Assembly (NCBI GenBank): GCA_963674755.2
Contig: CAXXVS010000001.1
Span: 576,001-640,000, forward strand
Length of the DNA: 64,000 nucleotides
Reading direction: 5' to 3'
From: Desulfobacterales bacterium
GTDB lineage: Bacteria > Desulfobacterota > Desulfobacteria > Desulfobacterales > UBA5852
In this document: positions 37,922 through 47,635 of the stretch, in pieces
Layout of the letters: each line of letters begins with the position of its first letter
Position numbering within the stretch: the stretch's first letter is position 1
Notes under the pieces: generated by a model
Database searches by the model: none
What the model was told of the DNA's origin: nothing
What the model saw: the letters and a program-made list of their open reading frames with translations, nothing else
Program-made: the position numbers and the translations under genes

Positions 37922-38902
37922 TTATTTAGAACGGGTTTTCTCCACGCTTTCATAGGCCCGGATGATGTCCTGCACCAGCCGGTGGCGAACGACATCCGTG
38001 TTCGAGAAAAACACGAATCCAATCCCTTCAATATCCCGCAGAATCTGGTTGGCCTCCACCAGGCCCGACGTCTTGGCCGCAGGGAGATCGATCTGGGTGA
38101 TATCGCCGGTGATGACGGCTTTGGAATTGAAGCCGATCCGCGTCAGAAACATTTTCATCTGTTCGGAGGTGGTGTTTTGGGCCTCGTCCAGGATGACAAA
38201 GGAATCATTCAGGGTACGGCCCCGCATGAACGCAATGGGGGCCACCTCGATCACCCCCTGTTGCATCAGGTTGTTGACTTTTTCAAAGCGCATCATGTCA
38301 TGCAGGGCATCATAGAGGGGGCGTAGATAGGGGTCGACTTTTTCGGCCAGATCGCCGGGCAGAAACCCCAGGGTTTCTCCAGCTTCGACCGCCGGCCGGG
38401 TCAGGATGATGCGGTTGACGATTCCTTTGGTCAATGCGGCGATCGCCATGGCCATGGCGAGATAGGTCTTGCCGGTGCCAGCCGGGCCGATGCCGAAAAC
38501 GATATCGTAGCGCCGCATGGCGTCGATGTAGTTTTTCTGGGCAGGATTTTTGGGCGTGATGGATCGTTTCTTGGCGGTGATATAGACGGTGTCCAGGAAA
38601 ATATCTTCCAGGTGGACACGGTCGTCGGCGCTCAGGATGCGGATGGCATAGTCGATATCGTTGAGATAGACGGGGTAGCCTTTTTGGATAAGCCCATAGA
38701 GCTGCTTCAGGATATTTTCCGCCAGGGCCGCCGCGATGGCATCCCCGCTGATATGGACGGCACTGCCGCGGGTGTTGATCTGCAGATCCAGGGCCGTGGC
38801 AATGCGCTGCAGATGGCTGTTGTGTTCCCCGAAAAGCATGCGGGTCAGTTCGACATTCTCGAATGATACCCGCCGAACCGGGTTTTGAAGATTCTCCAAC
38901 AT
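37922..38902 (-). CDS. phoH: PhoH-family ATPase
   Basis: GIGPAGTGKTY, LTRPAVEAGE.LGFLPG, AFMRGRTL, LDEAQN, GDITQIDLP, DVVRH. Confidence 0.95.
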   Translation of the reverse strand: MLENLQNPVRRVSFENVELTRMLFGEHNSHLQRIATALDLQINTRGSAVHISGDAIAAALAENILKQLYGLIQKGYPVYLNDIDYAIRILSADDRVHLEDIFLDTVYITAKKRSITPKNPAQKNYIDAMRRYDIVFGIGPAGTGKTYLAMAMAIAALTKGIVNRIILTRPAVEAGETLGFLPGDLAEKVDPYLRPLYDALHDMMRFEKVNNLMQQGVIEVAPIAFMRGRTLNDSFVILDEAQNTTSEQMKMFLTRIGFNSKAVITGDITQIDLPAAKTSGLVEANQILRDIEGIGFVFFSNTDVVRHRLVQDIIRAYESVEKTRSK

Positions 38903-38922
38903 AAATCCAATTCGATACTATT

Positions 38923-38993
38923 TAGTGTCTGTCCGAGGCGGTCGATTTTGGTTCCGGCCAAGGCTAGAAGAGGCCATTTGTGGACGGGCACTA
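38923..38993. repeat. Internally deleted copy of the palindromic element
   Basis: TAGTGTCTGTCC..GATTTTGGTTCCGGCCAAGGC matches the reverse complement of the copy-1 end; closes with GGACGGGCACTA. Confidence 0.7.
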
Positions 38994-39281
38994 TTTAAGG
39001 ATCAAAGCCGGCGGCACAGATAAGGCCGCGCCGCCGGTATGGGACCCCGACATCCTAAAGGCGAATAATATCATACTGATCTTCAAGAATGCAAACCGCA
39101 AATCGCCGCGGTGCTCCAGCGGCTGAAAACCCTTGACCCCTTATAATGCCTCTGTTAAGTCAACCTCTTGATTCATTTAGCCTTTCGGGCGTCCGCCGCC
39201 CAGGATAGCGTCCGCCGGGAATGCCGCGTGATAGCGGGCGATCCTCATTTGAAAGGTGTCTAAAGAAGGTACGAGACGGAC

Positions 39282-39809
39282 ATGAATGCGCTGGACATTG
39301 TCATCGGCATCATTTTGGTATTCGGTTTGGTGCGCGGGATATTCCGCGGCCTGGTGGAAGAGATTTCCTCCATTATCGGCATATTCGGCGGTATCTACGG
39401 GGCGGTGTTTTACTACGGCGACGCGGCAGCCTTTTTACGGCGCTGGATCTCCGACACGGCCTACGCCAATATCATCGGGTTTCTGGTGATATTCGGGCTG
39501 ATCTTCATCCTGGTGAGCGTTTTGGGGGTGTTGATCAAATACCTTCTCAATATTGCCTCGCTGGGCTGGTTCGATCGCTTGTGCGGGGCCGCTTTCGGCG
39601 CCGTTAAAGGGGTCCTGATCGCATCGGTTCTGCTGTTTACCCTGACGACATTTCTGCCCGGCGGCAGCCCGCTCATCGATACATCCCGCCTGGCGCCGCA
39701 CGTGGCCGTGGTTACCGAAACTCTGGTCAAGATCATCCCCCATAAGCTCAAGCAACGTTTCAGCGACAAATACAAGGAAGCCCAACAGGCATGGAAAAAG
39801 AAGAGCTGA
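39282..39809 (+). CDS. cvpA: CvpA-family membrane protein
   Basis: MNALD..RG.FRGLVEE, DRLCGAAFGAVKG. Confidence 0.88.
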   Translation: MNALDIVIGIILVFGLVRGIFRGLVEEISSIIGIFGGIYGAVFYYGDAAAFLRRWISDTAYANIIGFLVIFGLIFILVSVLGVLIKYLLNIASLGWFDRLCGAAFGAVKGVLIASVLLFTLTTFLPGGSPLIDTSRLAPHVAVVTETLVKIIPHKLKQRFSDKYKEAQQAWKKKS

Positions 39810-40627
39810 CCCCGGTGCCCAATACCCTGGGTGCGGTCATCGCCCTGGTGCGACGCCTCAGGGGCCAAGACGGCTGCCCCTGGGACCGCAAGCAGACCCC
39901 GCAGTCCCTGGCCATCTATCTCATTGAAGAAATGTACGAACTGGTGGATGCCATTACGTCCGGCGATGAAGAGGCCGTATGCGAAGAGCTGGGAGATGTT
40001 GTCTTCCAGCTCTTGTTTCTATCCGAGCTGTTCACCGAAAAAGGCGCCTTTGATCTGGACGCCGTCGTGCAGCGCAATCTCGCCAAGATGATCCGAAGAC
40101 ATCCCCATGTTTTCGGCGACACCGAGGTGACATCGACGGAAGATGTCCGGGAAAACTGGCATGCCATCAAAAAAGAAGAAAAAAAGGCCCATCAGCGGGA
40201 GGCAGGCTCCCTGCTGGATTCCATCCCGGCCAGCCTGCCGGCCCTCATGCGCTCCTATCGGGTTTCGGAACGGGCGGCCCGCACCGGGTTCGACTGGAAC
40301 GACCTGCCCGAAGTGATGGCCAAGGTGGAAGAAGAATGGGACGAATTCAAAGACGCTGCCCAAGTGGTCGACGATGAGCCGTCGCGCCACAAAGCGGCGG
40401 TCGAATTCGGCGACATCGTCTTTACCCTGTCCAACGTGGCCCGCTTTATGAAATTTCACCCCGAGACCGCCCTCACCGCCGCGATCAACAAGTTCGAGCA
40501 GCGCTTCCGCTGCATGGAGAACGCTTTCCGCAACCAGGGGCAGGAGCTGGAAGGGGCGACCCGTGAAGAACTGGATCGTGCCTGGGAAGCCGCCAAGGCG
40601 CAGACGGCCGCGGAGGAAGGCCTCTGA
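39791..40627 (+). CDS. mazG: Nucleoside triphosphate pyrophosphohydrolase MazG
   Basis: GCPWDRKQT, EE.YE, EELGD, RRHPHVF, GFDW, EFGD. Confidence 0.95.
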   Translation: MEKEELTPVPNTLGAVIALVRRLRGQDGCPWDRKQTPQSLAIYLIEEMYELVDAITSGDEEAVCEELGDVVFQLLFLSELFTEKGAFDLDAVVQRNLAKMIRRHPHVFGDTEVTSTEDVRENWHAIKKEEKKAHQREAGSLLDSIPASLPALMRSYRVSERAARTGFDWNDLPEVMAKVEEEWDEFKDAAQVVDDEPSRHKAAVEFGDIVFTLSNVARFMKFHPETALTAAINKFEQRFRCMENAFRNQGQELEGATREELDRAWEAAKAQTAAEEGL

Positions 40628-40647
40628 CCGGAAGGCATCTCAAAATC

Positions 40648-40775
40648 GATGGTGCTGTAAAAACGCCCTAAGCCACTCCTCCCGCGCCGGCGGGAGTCCG
40701 CAACGAGCTGGACGGGACCCCTGTTTGCGCAGGGATGACCAGACAGCGCCTTCAGAGACGTTCTACGCGTTCCTC
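40648..40775. repeat. Degenerate REP-like element (TCCCGCGCCGGCGGGA...CCCTGTTTGCGCAGGGATGAC)
   Basis: Two small hairpins resembling the GTCATTCCCGCG..GCGGGAATCC REP type, between convergent genes. Confidence 0.5.
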
Positions 40776-40837
40776 AAAATTGACGGTTTTGCAACAAGTC
40801 CGATCGCGGGCGGAAAGGCGTTTGGGAGATGTCTTCG

Positions 40838-41209
40838 TCACTCATCGGAGACATCGTCGCCGGGCGTATCGACCATGCTGAAAAAGCGATCGATGAGCTG
40901 GCGGGAGTCCTCGACGCAGAGATGATTTTTTAACTTGTGGTGGTGCTGGTCGAGGGTGTGGTAGTAAAACGTGGTAGGCTGGCGCTTGTCCACCGGCGAT
41001 GCCGGGTGGGCGCGGTCGGCACCCGTGCGTCGGATGCGGCGGCGGGCTTCCTCCTCACCGATACGGGTGACGCGGTCCATAATCGTCCCGGCCACCTTGT
41101 TGACCACGGTTTCGCGCCGATGACCGGCATTCGCCCGGCGGCTGCCGTCTTGTAATTGCTGGGTAAACTCTTTGAGAATATTGTGGATCTGGTAGTTGGG
41201 GATATACAT
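40838..41209 (-). CDS. Hypothetical protein (DVU0524-like)
   Basis: MYIPNYQIHNILKEFTQQL N-terminus recalls the DVU0524 family; GGAGA RBS. Confidence 0.6.
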   Translation of the reverse strand: MYIPNYQIHNILKEFTQQLQDGSRRANAGHRRETVVNKVAGTIMDRVTRIGEEEARRRIRRTGADRAHPASPVDKRQPTTFYYHTLDQHHHKLKNHLCVEDSRQLIDRFFSMVDTPGDDVSDE

Positions 41210-41230
41210 GGTCTCCGCTTTCCTAACCGT

Positions 41231-41369
41231 GTCCGTCCAGAGATGGCATCTTTTGGTCCCTGGCGGCGTTCTCGCCTCTTGTCGGTCCTCGGCGTAGCCG
41301 AGCTACGCCTGTGGGCGCCAATCGGCTGCGGCCTTGCCAGGAACCAAAATCTACCATCTCTGGACGGAC
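41231..41369. repeat. Palindromic intergenic element, near-identical to 8299-8442
   Basis: Perfect 16-bp IR GTCCGTCCAGAGATGG / CCATCTCTGGACGGAC; GGCGTAGCCGAGCTACGCC hairpin. Confidence 0.92.
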
Positions 41370-41377
41370 CCTGAATC

Positions 41378-41574
41378 GCCCATCCATACCATCCATGAAT
41401 GGCATCTTTTGGCCCCTGGCCCGCCGCCGGTGGACCAAATCCACCTTTGGCGGACAAGCTGGCGTTCTCGCTTGTTTTCAATCCTCGAAATAGCGAACTA
41501 TTCCTCCGGTTGAAAACACGCTCGGGCCTTGCCAGGAACCAAAACCCTAATTTTGCGATGGCTCATAAGCACTA
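41378..41574. repeat. Adjacent variant copy of the palindromic element with a different inner stem
   Basis: ATGGCATCTTTTGG..GCGTTCTCGC TGTTTTCAATC..GGTTGAAAACA ..GGGCCTTGCCAGGAACCAAAA. Confidence 0.8.
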
Positions 41575-41592
41575 TCCGTTTGAGAGCGCCTG

Positions 41593-42180
41593 CTAGTTTC
41601 CCGGCTTGACAGAGCTCGGACCGGGCGGCAGGCCGCCGCCCACAACCGTTTGGATAAAGATGCGGTGGCTGCCAAAGGCGATGGGCGGCAGTGCCTGGGG
41701 GGCGAACCAGTCCACGGCCATGGCATCGTCCCCGGCATGGAGGCGGCTGCTCAAGGGGGTGACGCGGTAGCCCGCCACCAGGACGGTCGTATAAATGCGA
41801 TTGGGGGTCGCCTCCAGCCCCAGGAGTCCGGCGACTTCTCCCTGTAGGCCGGTTTCTTCCGACAATTCCCGCAGAACGGCCTCCTCCGGCGTTTCCTCCA
41901 ATTCCATGAAGCCGCCCGGCAGGCACCATTCGCCCCGGCGCGGGGGGATCTTGCGCTGGACCAGCAGGATCCGGCGGCCCGTGTCACATACGACGGCACA
42001 CACGGCCGGCACCGGGTTGTCATAGAGCGGCAGCCGGCAGTGTCGGCAATAACGCCGCCGTCTGCCCTCCCATTCACGCTCGGCCACCGGGCTTCCACAG
42101 AAAGGGCAATAGCACCTGGCGCTCAAGCCCGGAATACAGGGCTCATCCGAGGGGCGCTGGCTTTCAGGATTGTCCCGCAT
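41593..42180 (-). CDS. NUDIX hydrolase with N-terminal zinc ribbon
   Basis: YCPFCG..YCRHC..YDNP; Nudix box PGGFMELEETPEEAVLRELSEETG. Confidence 0.9.
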   Translation of the reverse strand: MRDNPESQRPSDEPCIPGLSARCYCPFCGSPVAEREWEGRRRRYCRHCRLPLYDNPVPAVCAVVCDTGRRILLVQRKIPPRRGEWCLPGGFMELEETPEEAVLRELSEETGLQGEVAGLLGLEATPNRIYTTVLVAGYRVTPLSSRLHAGDDAMAVDWFAPQALPPIAFGSHRIFIQTVVGGGLPPGPSSVKPGN

Positions 42181-42258
42181 CGTCTCACCGATCAGAGGGA
42201 AGAGGCGAGGGGCGGGCGATTGCCGGACGGCCTGCGGTATCGCCCGGTATCCGCGCCC

Positions 42259-43554
42259 CTAGTCGTCAAAATCGCCCTGGGGGCCTTTGTCGCTGTCGAT
42301 GGCCGCCGCGCGTTCGCGGATTTGGGCTTCGGTCCACTCCTCGGGCGATTCGATGCGTTGGGCCTTGGGGCCCGGGTCGTAGCCGCCGGTCGCGCGGATG
42401 GCCTCGACCGCCAGGGGGGCGGTGTCCTGGGCGTTGAATACCTTGACGAGCATGTTGTAGACGAAATCCTTGACCCGGTTGACCATGCGCTCCCGCACGG
42501 CCTGGGGCTGCCCCAGGAGCTGGTTTTCAAAGGGCAGGTTCAGCTTTTTGAAATTGCCGGCCTTCCAGCCCTGTTGGGCGGCGTAGGCCACCATCCGTTC
42601 CCAGACATCCTCCATGACCCCCTGGTCGGGCACTTTTTGGAAATGGCCGTCGGCGTCCAGGATGGCGTTGCCGTAATCGTTGACTTCCAGGCCCCAGGAT
42701 ACCATCTGGAGCGCGGTGGCCACATTGGCCTTGGTGGTGCGCGTACGGGCCGCGATCTCCCGCAGGCGGTCGGAATTGTTGCCGGAAGTGCCGTGCTGCG
42801 CCCCGGAAACTTTGTAAGGCGCCAGGGCTTCGTGAATGGAGCGGGTCAGCTCGACCTGGATGCCCTGGCCGCTGGCCTCGATGCCGTGGGTGGTGCCGTT
42901 GTTCAAGGCGATCCAGTTGGGGAAGATGCCGTGGGCGTTCAGGCCCCGGATGAGGAACAAGGCCTCTGCGGGCGTGGAAAGCCCCTCCGAGCCCTTGATT
43001 TCCCCGACCTCGGTTTCCCGCCCGGCCCAGGCCGGAATAAAGGGGTTGAGTTCGATATTGGCCAGGAGATTGAGATGGTCGGGCATATGGGAGGCATCGA
43101 TGGCGATGGAGGTCATGCCTGCTTCGAATATGGTGGGGATTTCCTGTTTGGCCGGTCCGATGTCGCCTTCCGATTTGATGCCGTAATGATCGGCGTGAAT
43201 GGCCACCGGGATGGTGATGCCCAACTCGTTGCAGACGGCATTCACCTGGCGGGCGATGTTCCAATAGTTCACGGCGCAGTAGGCATTGGCCCCGCCTTCG
43301 GAACGGGCGATTTCGATGATCAGGCAGGCATTGGCCTGCTGGGCGGCCAGCAGGGCGCCGCGGATGACGATATGGCTGCGCCCGTTGGCGGCCATGGCAA
43401 TGGCGTGGCCTTTGGCCAGCATGGCCAGGTCGATGTATTTGCCGCTTACGATGAGCGCCCGGGATTCGGGAAACAATTTCGTGATGTTCGGGGGACGACC
43501 GATCTGTAATGCTTCCTGATAGGCTTTGGAATCTATCGACATTGCTGCGGCCAT
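42259..43554 (-). CDS. fba: Class II fructose-bisphosphate aldolase
   Basis: AIHADH, SIAIDASH, ETEVGEI, NGTTHG, AQHGTSG, KANVAT; AAGGAGG RBS. Confidence 0.88.
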   Translation of the reverse strand: MAAAMSIDSKAYQEALQIGRPPNITKLFPESRALIVSGKYIDLAMLAKGHAIAMAANGRSHIVIRGALLAAQQANACLIIEIARSEGGANAYCAVNYWNIARQVNAVCNELGITIPVAIHADHYGIKSEGDIGPAKQEIPTIFEAGMTSIAIDASHMPDHLNLLANIELNPFIPAWAGRETEVGEIKGSEGLSTPAEALFLIRGLNAHGIFPNWIALNNGTTHGIEASGQGIQVELTRSIHEALAPYKVSGAQHGTSGNNSDRLREIAARTRTTKANVATALQMVSWGLEVNDYGNAILDADGHFQKVPDQGVMEDVWERMVAYAAQQGWKAGNFKKLNLPFENQLLGQPQAVRERMVNRVKDFVYNMLVKVFNAQDTAPLAVEAIRATGGYDPGPKAQRIESPEEWTEAQIRERAAAIDSDKGPQGDFDD

Positions 43555-43878
43555 GGTTGCCTCCTTGGTCAAAAGGTTGCCCTGCTGTTCACCGTTGCCA
43601 TCCTATGGGATGACAGGCAGATAATCAAGTCTGTTTCCGTCCGCGGCGGGCAAGGATGGCGGTCGGGGAAAGGACTTGCCAGGATGGGGGGGCTTATGTA
43701 GTGTTCGTCCAGAGACGGTCGATTTCAGATGCAGGTCCACCGGCGGCATTCTGTGAGAAAATACCGGCCCTCGTGCACGATGGCCTCGCGGGATATTCAG
43801 TCGGGCATGCTGCCGTCCGGCTGCTCATCCATTGCGGGGCAGTGGCCCTTTAACGACCTTGAACGGGAGATATGACCC

Positions 43879-44559
43879 ATGAGCAAGTATCAGATCCGCA
43901 TCCCCATCGAACGGCAGCGGTTTGTGGAAGGACGCCTGGATATACCGGAGGGTGATGCCGGTGCCGGACACACCGCGGTGGTCATGGCGCACGGCGCCGC
44001 CAACGACATGCATGAGCCGCTGCTGCGCTATTTGGCCCAGGGCCTTTGCGCATCCGGATTTCTGGCCCTGCGCTTCAATTTTCCCTACCGCACGGAGGGC
44101 CGCAACCGGCCGGACTCCCAGCGCATCCTGGAATCTGCCTGGCTGGAGACGGTCAACTGGCTCCTGAGCCAGGAAGACTTCCCGGTGGCGCGCGTGGTGG
44201 CCGGCGGCAAGTCCATGGGGGCGCGGGTGGCCTCCCAGCTGGCCGGGGCGGGGCGCCTGGAAGCCGATCGGTTTGCCTTCTGGGGCTATCCGCTGCACCC
44301 GCCGGGGCGAAAAAGCCAGGTGCGGGACAATCATCTCGATCCTATCCGTAAACCGATGCTCTTTGTCACGGGCACCCGGGATGCCTTTTGCGATATGGAC
44401 TTGTTGCGCAATGTCGTTGCGCGTCTGGGAGAGCACGCCACCCTGGAGGCGGTCGAAGACGGCGACCATTCCTTCCGCCTGCCGAAATCTTCGGAAACCC
44501 CCCAGGAGGACGTATACGCCCACATCCTGGAGCGTACGCTCGCCTGGCTGCAAACCTGA
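43879..44559 (+). CDS. Alpha/beta-hydrolase (KANL3/Tex30-like)
   Basis: AHGA, RFNFPY, GGKSMGARVAS, GYPLHPPG, GTRD, GDHSF. Confidence 0.88.
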   Translation: MSKYQIRIPIERQRFVEGRLDIPEGDAGAGHTAVVMAHGAANDMHEPLLRYLAQGLCASGFLALRFNFPYRTEGRNRPDSQRILESAWLETVNWLLSQEDFPVARVVAGGKSMGARVASQLAGAGRLEADRFAFWGYPLHPPGRKSQVRDNHLDPIRKPMLFVTGTRDAFCDMDLLRNVVARLGEHATLEAVEDGDHSFRLPKSSETPQEDVYAHILERTLAWLQT

Positions 44560-44588
44560 GACATGGCAGGGCGGATGTCGGCGGCAAC

Positions 44589-44622
44589 AAAAAAGGCGGG
44601 GATGGTGGATCCCCGCCTTTTT
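44589..44622. terminator. Bidirectional terminator
   Basis: AAAAAAGGCGGGGAT-GGTGG-ATCCCCGCCTTTTT between convergent genes. Confidence 0.8.
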
Positions 44623-44671
44623 CTATCCGAAGCGTCTTAACGGCCAGATGATGTTCTTGTGCGTGAAAGCC

Positions 44672-45169
44672 TTATTCCTGGGGATGGCATTCGATGCAGC
44701 CCATGGGCAGATTCTGCAGTGTGCCGATATTGTCGCTGAGGTTGGTCATGCGGGCCTTCTTGCGGTTTTCGGCGTTGATGTCGCGATGACAGTCCCGGCA
44801 CATCTTGTGGTAGGCATATTTGTAGTAGCGAATGCCCTCCACGGTATATTTGCCGTCGACAATCGCCTTGTCAGGGGGCTCGGTGAGATCGTGGCATCCG
44901 GATGTCGTACAGGAATCCAGGACGGCATGGTGCTGCCATTTATGATGGCAGGTGTCGCAGCTGTAGGTCATGTGCCGCGAATGGGGGAAATCCACCGACG
45001 TGCGCTCCTGCTCCACACCGTCGGGTGCGCCGATTGACAGCATTCCCACCGGAAAGCACAGAGAGTCCTCCTCATCGATCCACTCAACCCACTGGCCTGC
45101 AGCCATCAGCGTTCCGCCCAGCATGAAAAACGTTGCGATGCACACGATGAACAGCTTTTTGTTGACCAT
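44672..45169 (-). CDS. Tetraheme class III cytochrome c (cytochrome c3)
   Basis: Signal peptide; FPHSRH, CDTCHH, CTTSGCH, YHKMCRDCH, CIECH. Confidence 0.92.
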   Translation of the reverse strand: MVNKKLFIVCIATFFMLGGTLMAAGQWVEWIDEEDSLCFPVGMLSIGAPDGVEQERTSVDFPHSRHMTYSCDTCHHKWQHHAVLDSCTTSGCHDLTEPPDKAIVDGKYTVEGIRYYKYAYHKMCRDCHRDINAENRKKARMTNLSDNIGTLQNLPMGCIECHPQE

Positions 45170-45569
45170 CTTTGTCCCCTCTCTTGTATGCGATTTTCGG
45201 GCCCGCGGTCCTTCCCGATCGTCCCGTGAAGGTACCGGGCGCGGGGGAAATCGGGCATGTCATTCAGGTTCAGCAGCATGATCGGCTGGTCGGTCCGATT
45301 CAGCAAAGGCCTATATCATAAAATCCGAAAAATGTAATGGGGGGATTGCAGAAAATATGAACGATATCCTCCAATGGGCGCCCTCCCGTCCGCCCTTGAC
45401 GATATGCAAAGATTTATGGGGATAGCGCCCGGGAAGACGCCTCTTGACCCCGTCGGCGTCCTATTTTAAACAAGCCCATACCGTCTTGGAGGAAGGGGCC
45501 CATACCCACCGCCCCGCCGTTTGACATCAACCTGACTGACAGCGCAGCGAGCGGAGGCCAACCGCGGTC

Positions 45570-46418
45570 ATGGATCATCACGCGGATAGCGAGCAACCGG
45601 CGGCCCCCTATCCGGGGCGGATCCTGGTGCGCCCTTATTCCCGCTTGCTGAAGACCAGAGTGGCCGCCCTTATCAAGGCCTGCCGCCTGTTCGACCTCAC
45701 CGGGGCGCCGGCCATCCCCTATATCGCCGCCTGGCAGGACCATGACGACATCTGGTATGAATTCGCCGGCCGTCGTTTTCTCGACCTTATGAACTGCCGG
45801 GCCGACCGCCTGGCGGAGACCTTCCGCAGCCGGGTCGTGGACCAGCGCGTCTACAAATGGGTCGACATGCAGGCGGCCATCGAACGGGAAGAACGCACCC
45901 AGGAGGAACTCCAGCACGACCGCAACCATCTGCGCCGGGAGGGGATCGTGCGGGGCGAGGTGGATGCCGTCTACAAGCTGGATGTGTCGCCCGAGGGCGT
46001 TGTCTGGCTCAAGGATCAGGCCGTCGTGGAGGCCTTCGAGGCCGATCATATCTGCCTGTCGGTGGGCCACCTGACCGTCGTGACCAAAGAGATGCGCTCG
46101 GAAGAGGAGCGGCTGGAAAAGGAGCGCCTCCAGGTCTCGCTGGAAATGGCCGGGGCCGTGTGCCACGAGCTGAACCAGCCGATCCAGGGCATTTCCAGCT
46201 ATGCCGAGAGCCTGTTGAACAGCTTACCCCCGGACAGTCCGGCCCACGGCCAGGCCAAAGGCGTGCTGGATCTGGCCGGGCGCATGGGGGTCATTACCCG
46301 CAAACTCATGCAGATCACCCGTTACGAGACCAAGGACTATCTCAAAGGCGTGCGCATTATCGATATCGACCGGGCCGCCGAAGACTCCCCCAATTCGGAT
46401 GATAGCGGCAGGCCGTGA
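45570..46418 (+). CDS. Sensor-like protein with a HisKA phosphoacceptor domain but no ATPase domain
   Basis: PAS/PAC-like VVWLKDQAVV segment, then EMAGAVCHELNQP H-box; protein ends soon after ITRYETKDY. Confidence 0.75.
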   Translation: MDHHADSEQPAAPYPGRILVRPYSRLLKTRVAALIKACRLFDLTGAPAIPYIAAWQDHDDIWYEFAGRRFLDLMNCRADRLAETFRSRVVDQRVYKWVDMQAAIEREERTQEELQHDRNHLRREGIVRGEVDAVYKLDVSPEGVVWLKDQAVVEAFEADHICLSVGHLTVVTKEMRSEEERLEKERLQVSLEMAGAVCHELNQPIQGISSYAESLLNSLPPDSPAHGQAKGVLDLAGRMGVITRKLMQITRYETKDYLKGVRIIDIDRAAEDSPNSDDSGRP

Positions 46419-46442
46419 CCACCAGAGGAGGCAAGCACAACG

Positions 46443-46805
46443 ATGAGCAATAACGATACCATCAGCGACGAGGAATGGGAAAACCGGCAGCTCTGCAGCG
46501 ACGGCAACTGCATCGGTGTCATCGGCCCGGACGGCCTGTGTACGGAATGCGGCAAGCCGGGCGAAGGGGGCGAAAATCCCAAGGAGGCGGCTCCCCCACC
46601 CGTCGCTTCCGAAGAAACGCCTGCCGATCAGGTCGAAGCCCCCGCCAGCGAAAATGAGGAGGTTGACGCCGAGGCGTCTGCGGAGGCTGATGCCCCGCAA
46701 GACGATGACGACTGGGCCAACCGCCGCCTCTGCCCGGACGGCAACTGCATCGGCGTCATTGGCCCGGACGGCAAATGCAAGGAGTGTGGCCGCCCGGCGG
46801 AATGA
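46443..46805 (+). CDS. Small acidic protein with two Cys4 repeats
   Basis: WENRQLCSDGNCIGVIGPDGLCTECGKP and WANRRLCPDGNCIGVIGPDGKCKECGRP; AGGAGG RBS. Confidence 0.85.
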   Translation: MSNNDTISDEEWENRQLCSDGNCIGVIGPDGLCTECGKPGEGGENPKEAAPPPVASEETPADQVEAPASENEEVDAEASAEADAPQDDDDWANRRLCPDGNCIGVIGPDGKCKECGRPAE

Positions 46806-46856
46806 GGCACTTTCCTCCATCCCCGTTTCGACAGCCAAGCCGCGATAGCGGCCATC

Positions 46857-46884
46857 AATTGGACAATCGTAAGATTGTCCAATT
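46857..46884. promoter_or_regulatory. Perfect 12-bp inverted repeat upstream of the tRNA promoter
   Basis: AATTGGACAATC-GTAA-GATTGTCCAATT, just before TTGAAA at 46891. Confidence 0.4.
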
Positions 46885-46976
46885 AGGGGGTTGAAATTTA
46901 GGAGGACCCTTGCTAAAGGACCCTTCACTGTTTGCGCAGGCGCATGCCCCGCGAACAGGTACCAACCTTGAAACAT

Positions 46977-47061
46977 GGTGGGGTTCCCGAGTGGTCAAAG
47001 GGAGCAGACTGTAAATCTGCCGGCCAAGCCTTCGGAGGTTCAAATCCTCCCCCCACCACCA
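46977..47061 (+). tRNA. tRNA-Tyr (GTA)
   Basis: GGTGGGG acceptor stem, GCAGA-CTGTAAA-TCTGC anticodon arm, long variable arm, GTTCAAAT, CCA. Confidence 0.97.
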
Positions 47062-47072
47062 TTTCACATTGC

Positions 47073-47150
47073 GTCCCCATCGTCTAGCCCGGTCCAGGAC
47101 ACCGGCCTTTCACGCCGGCGACAGGGGTTCGAATCCCCTTGGGGACGCCA
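47073..47150 (+). tRNA. tRNA-Glu (TTC)
   Basis: GTCCCCA acceptor stem, CCGGC-CTTTCAC-GCCGG anticodon arm, GTTCGAAT, CCA. Confidence 0.97.
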
Positions 47151-47220
47151 TTTGCAGACAACAGGCACCGAAAGGTGCCTGATCTATATAGTCCGGCAAT
47201 TGCCGGACGTTGGACTATTC

Positions 47221-47256
47221 AGCCCCCGGAAGCACAAGCTTTCGGGGGCTTTTTGT
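47221..47256 (+). terminator. Terminator of the tRNA operon
   Basis: AGCCCCCGGAAGC-ACAA-GCTTTCGGGGGCT then TTTTGTTT. Confidence 0.75.
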
Positions 47257-47579
47257 TTGGTGTTTTTGAGATCGATTCCATACCTTTTGCAATATTCAAT
47301 CGATTTTGGTAGCGTGTGTTCATTCCCTCTTTTTGAAGCCGGCCCAACCCCATTTCGCGCAATGCGATCCGATGAATCATCTTTGACACATAAAAGATGC
47401 AATCCTATGGCTTTTGTGATTACGCGATGTCAAAGGTTTTAAAGCGAAGAGACTTCTGAAATTTATAAGTGAGGGCATCCCTATAATGGCCTCTATCGAA
47501 TAAGATGGGTTATCCTTCTACATCGATATGCCGGCGAGGGGCTGCGATGAACGATGGTGCGTACCGCAGGGAGGGAAAA

Positions 47580-47635
47580 GGGACATTGACTAAGAGTGAA
47601 GGGTTTGGTTTGTACTCTTAGTCAACAACGTCCCC
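47580..47635. repeat. Short palindromic GGGAC...GTCCC element at the left boundary of the AT-rich islet
   Basis: GGGACATTGACTAAGAGT / ACTCTTAGTCAACAACGTCCCC; same GGGAC(A/G)T terminus as the transposase IRs. Confidence 0.7.
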
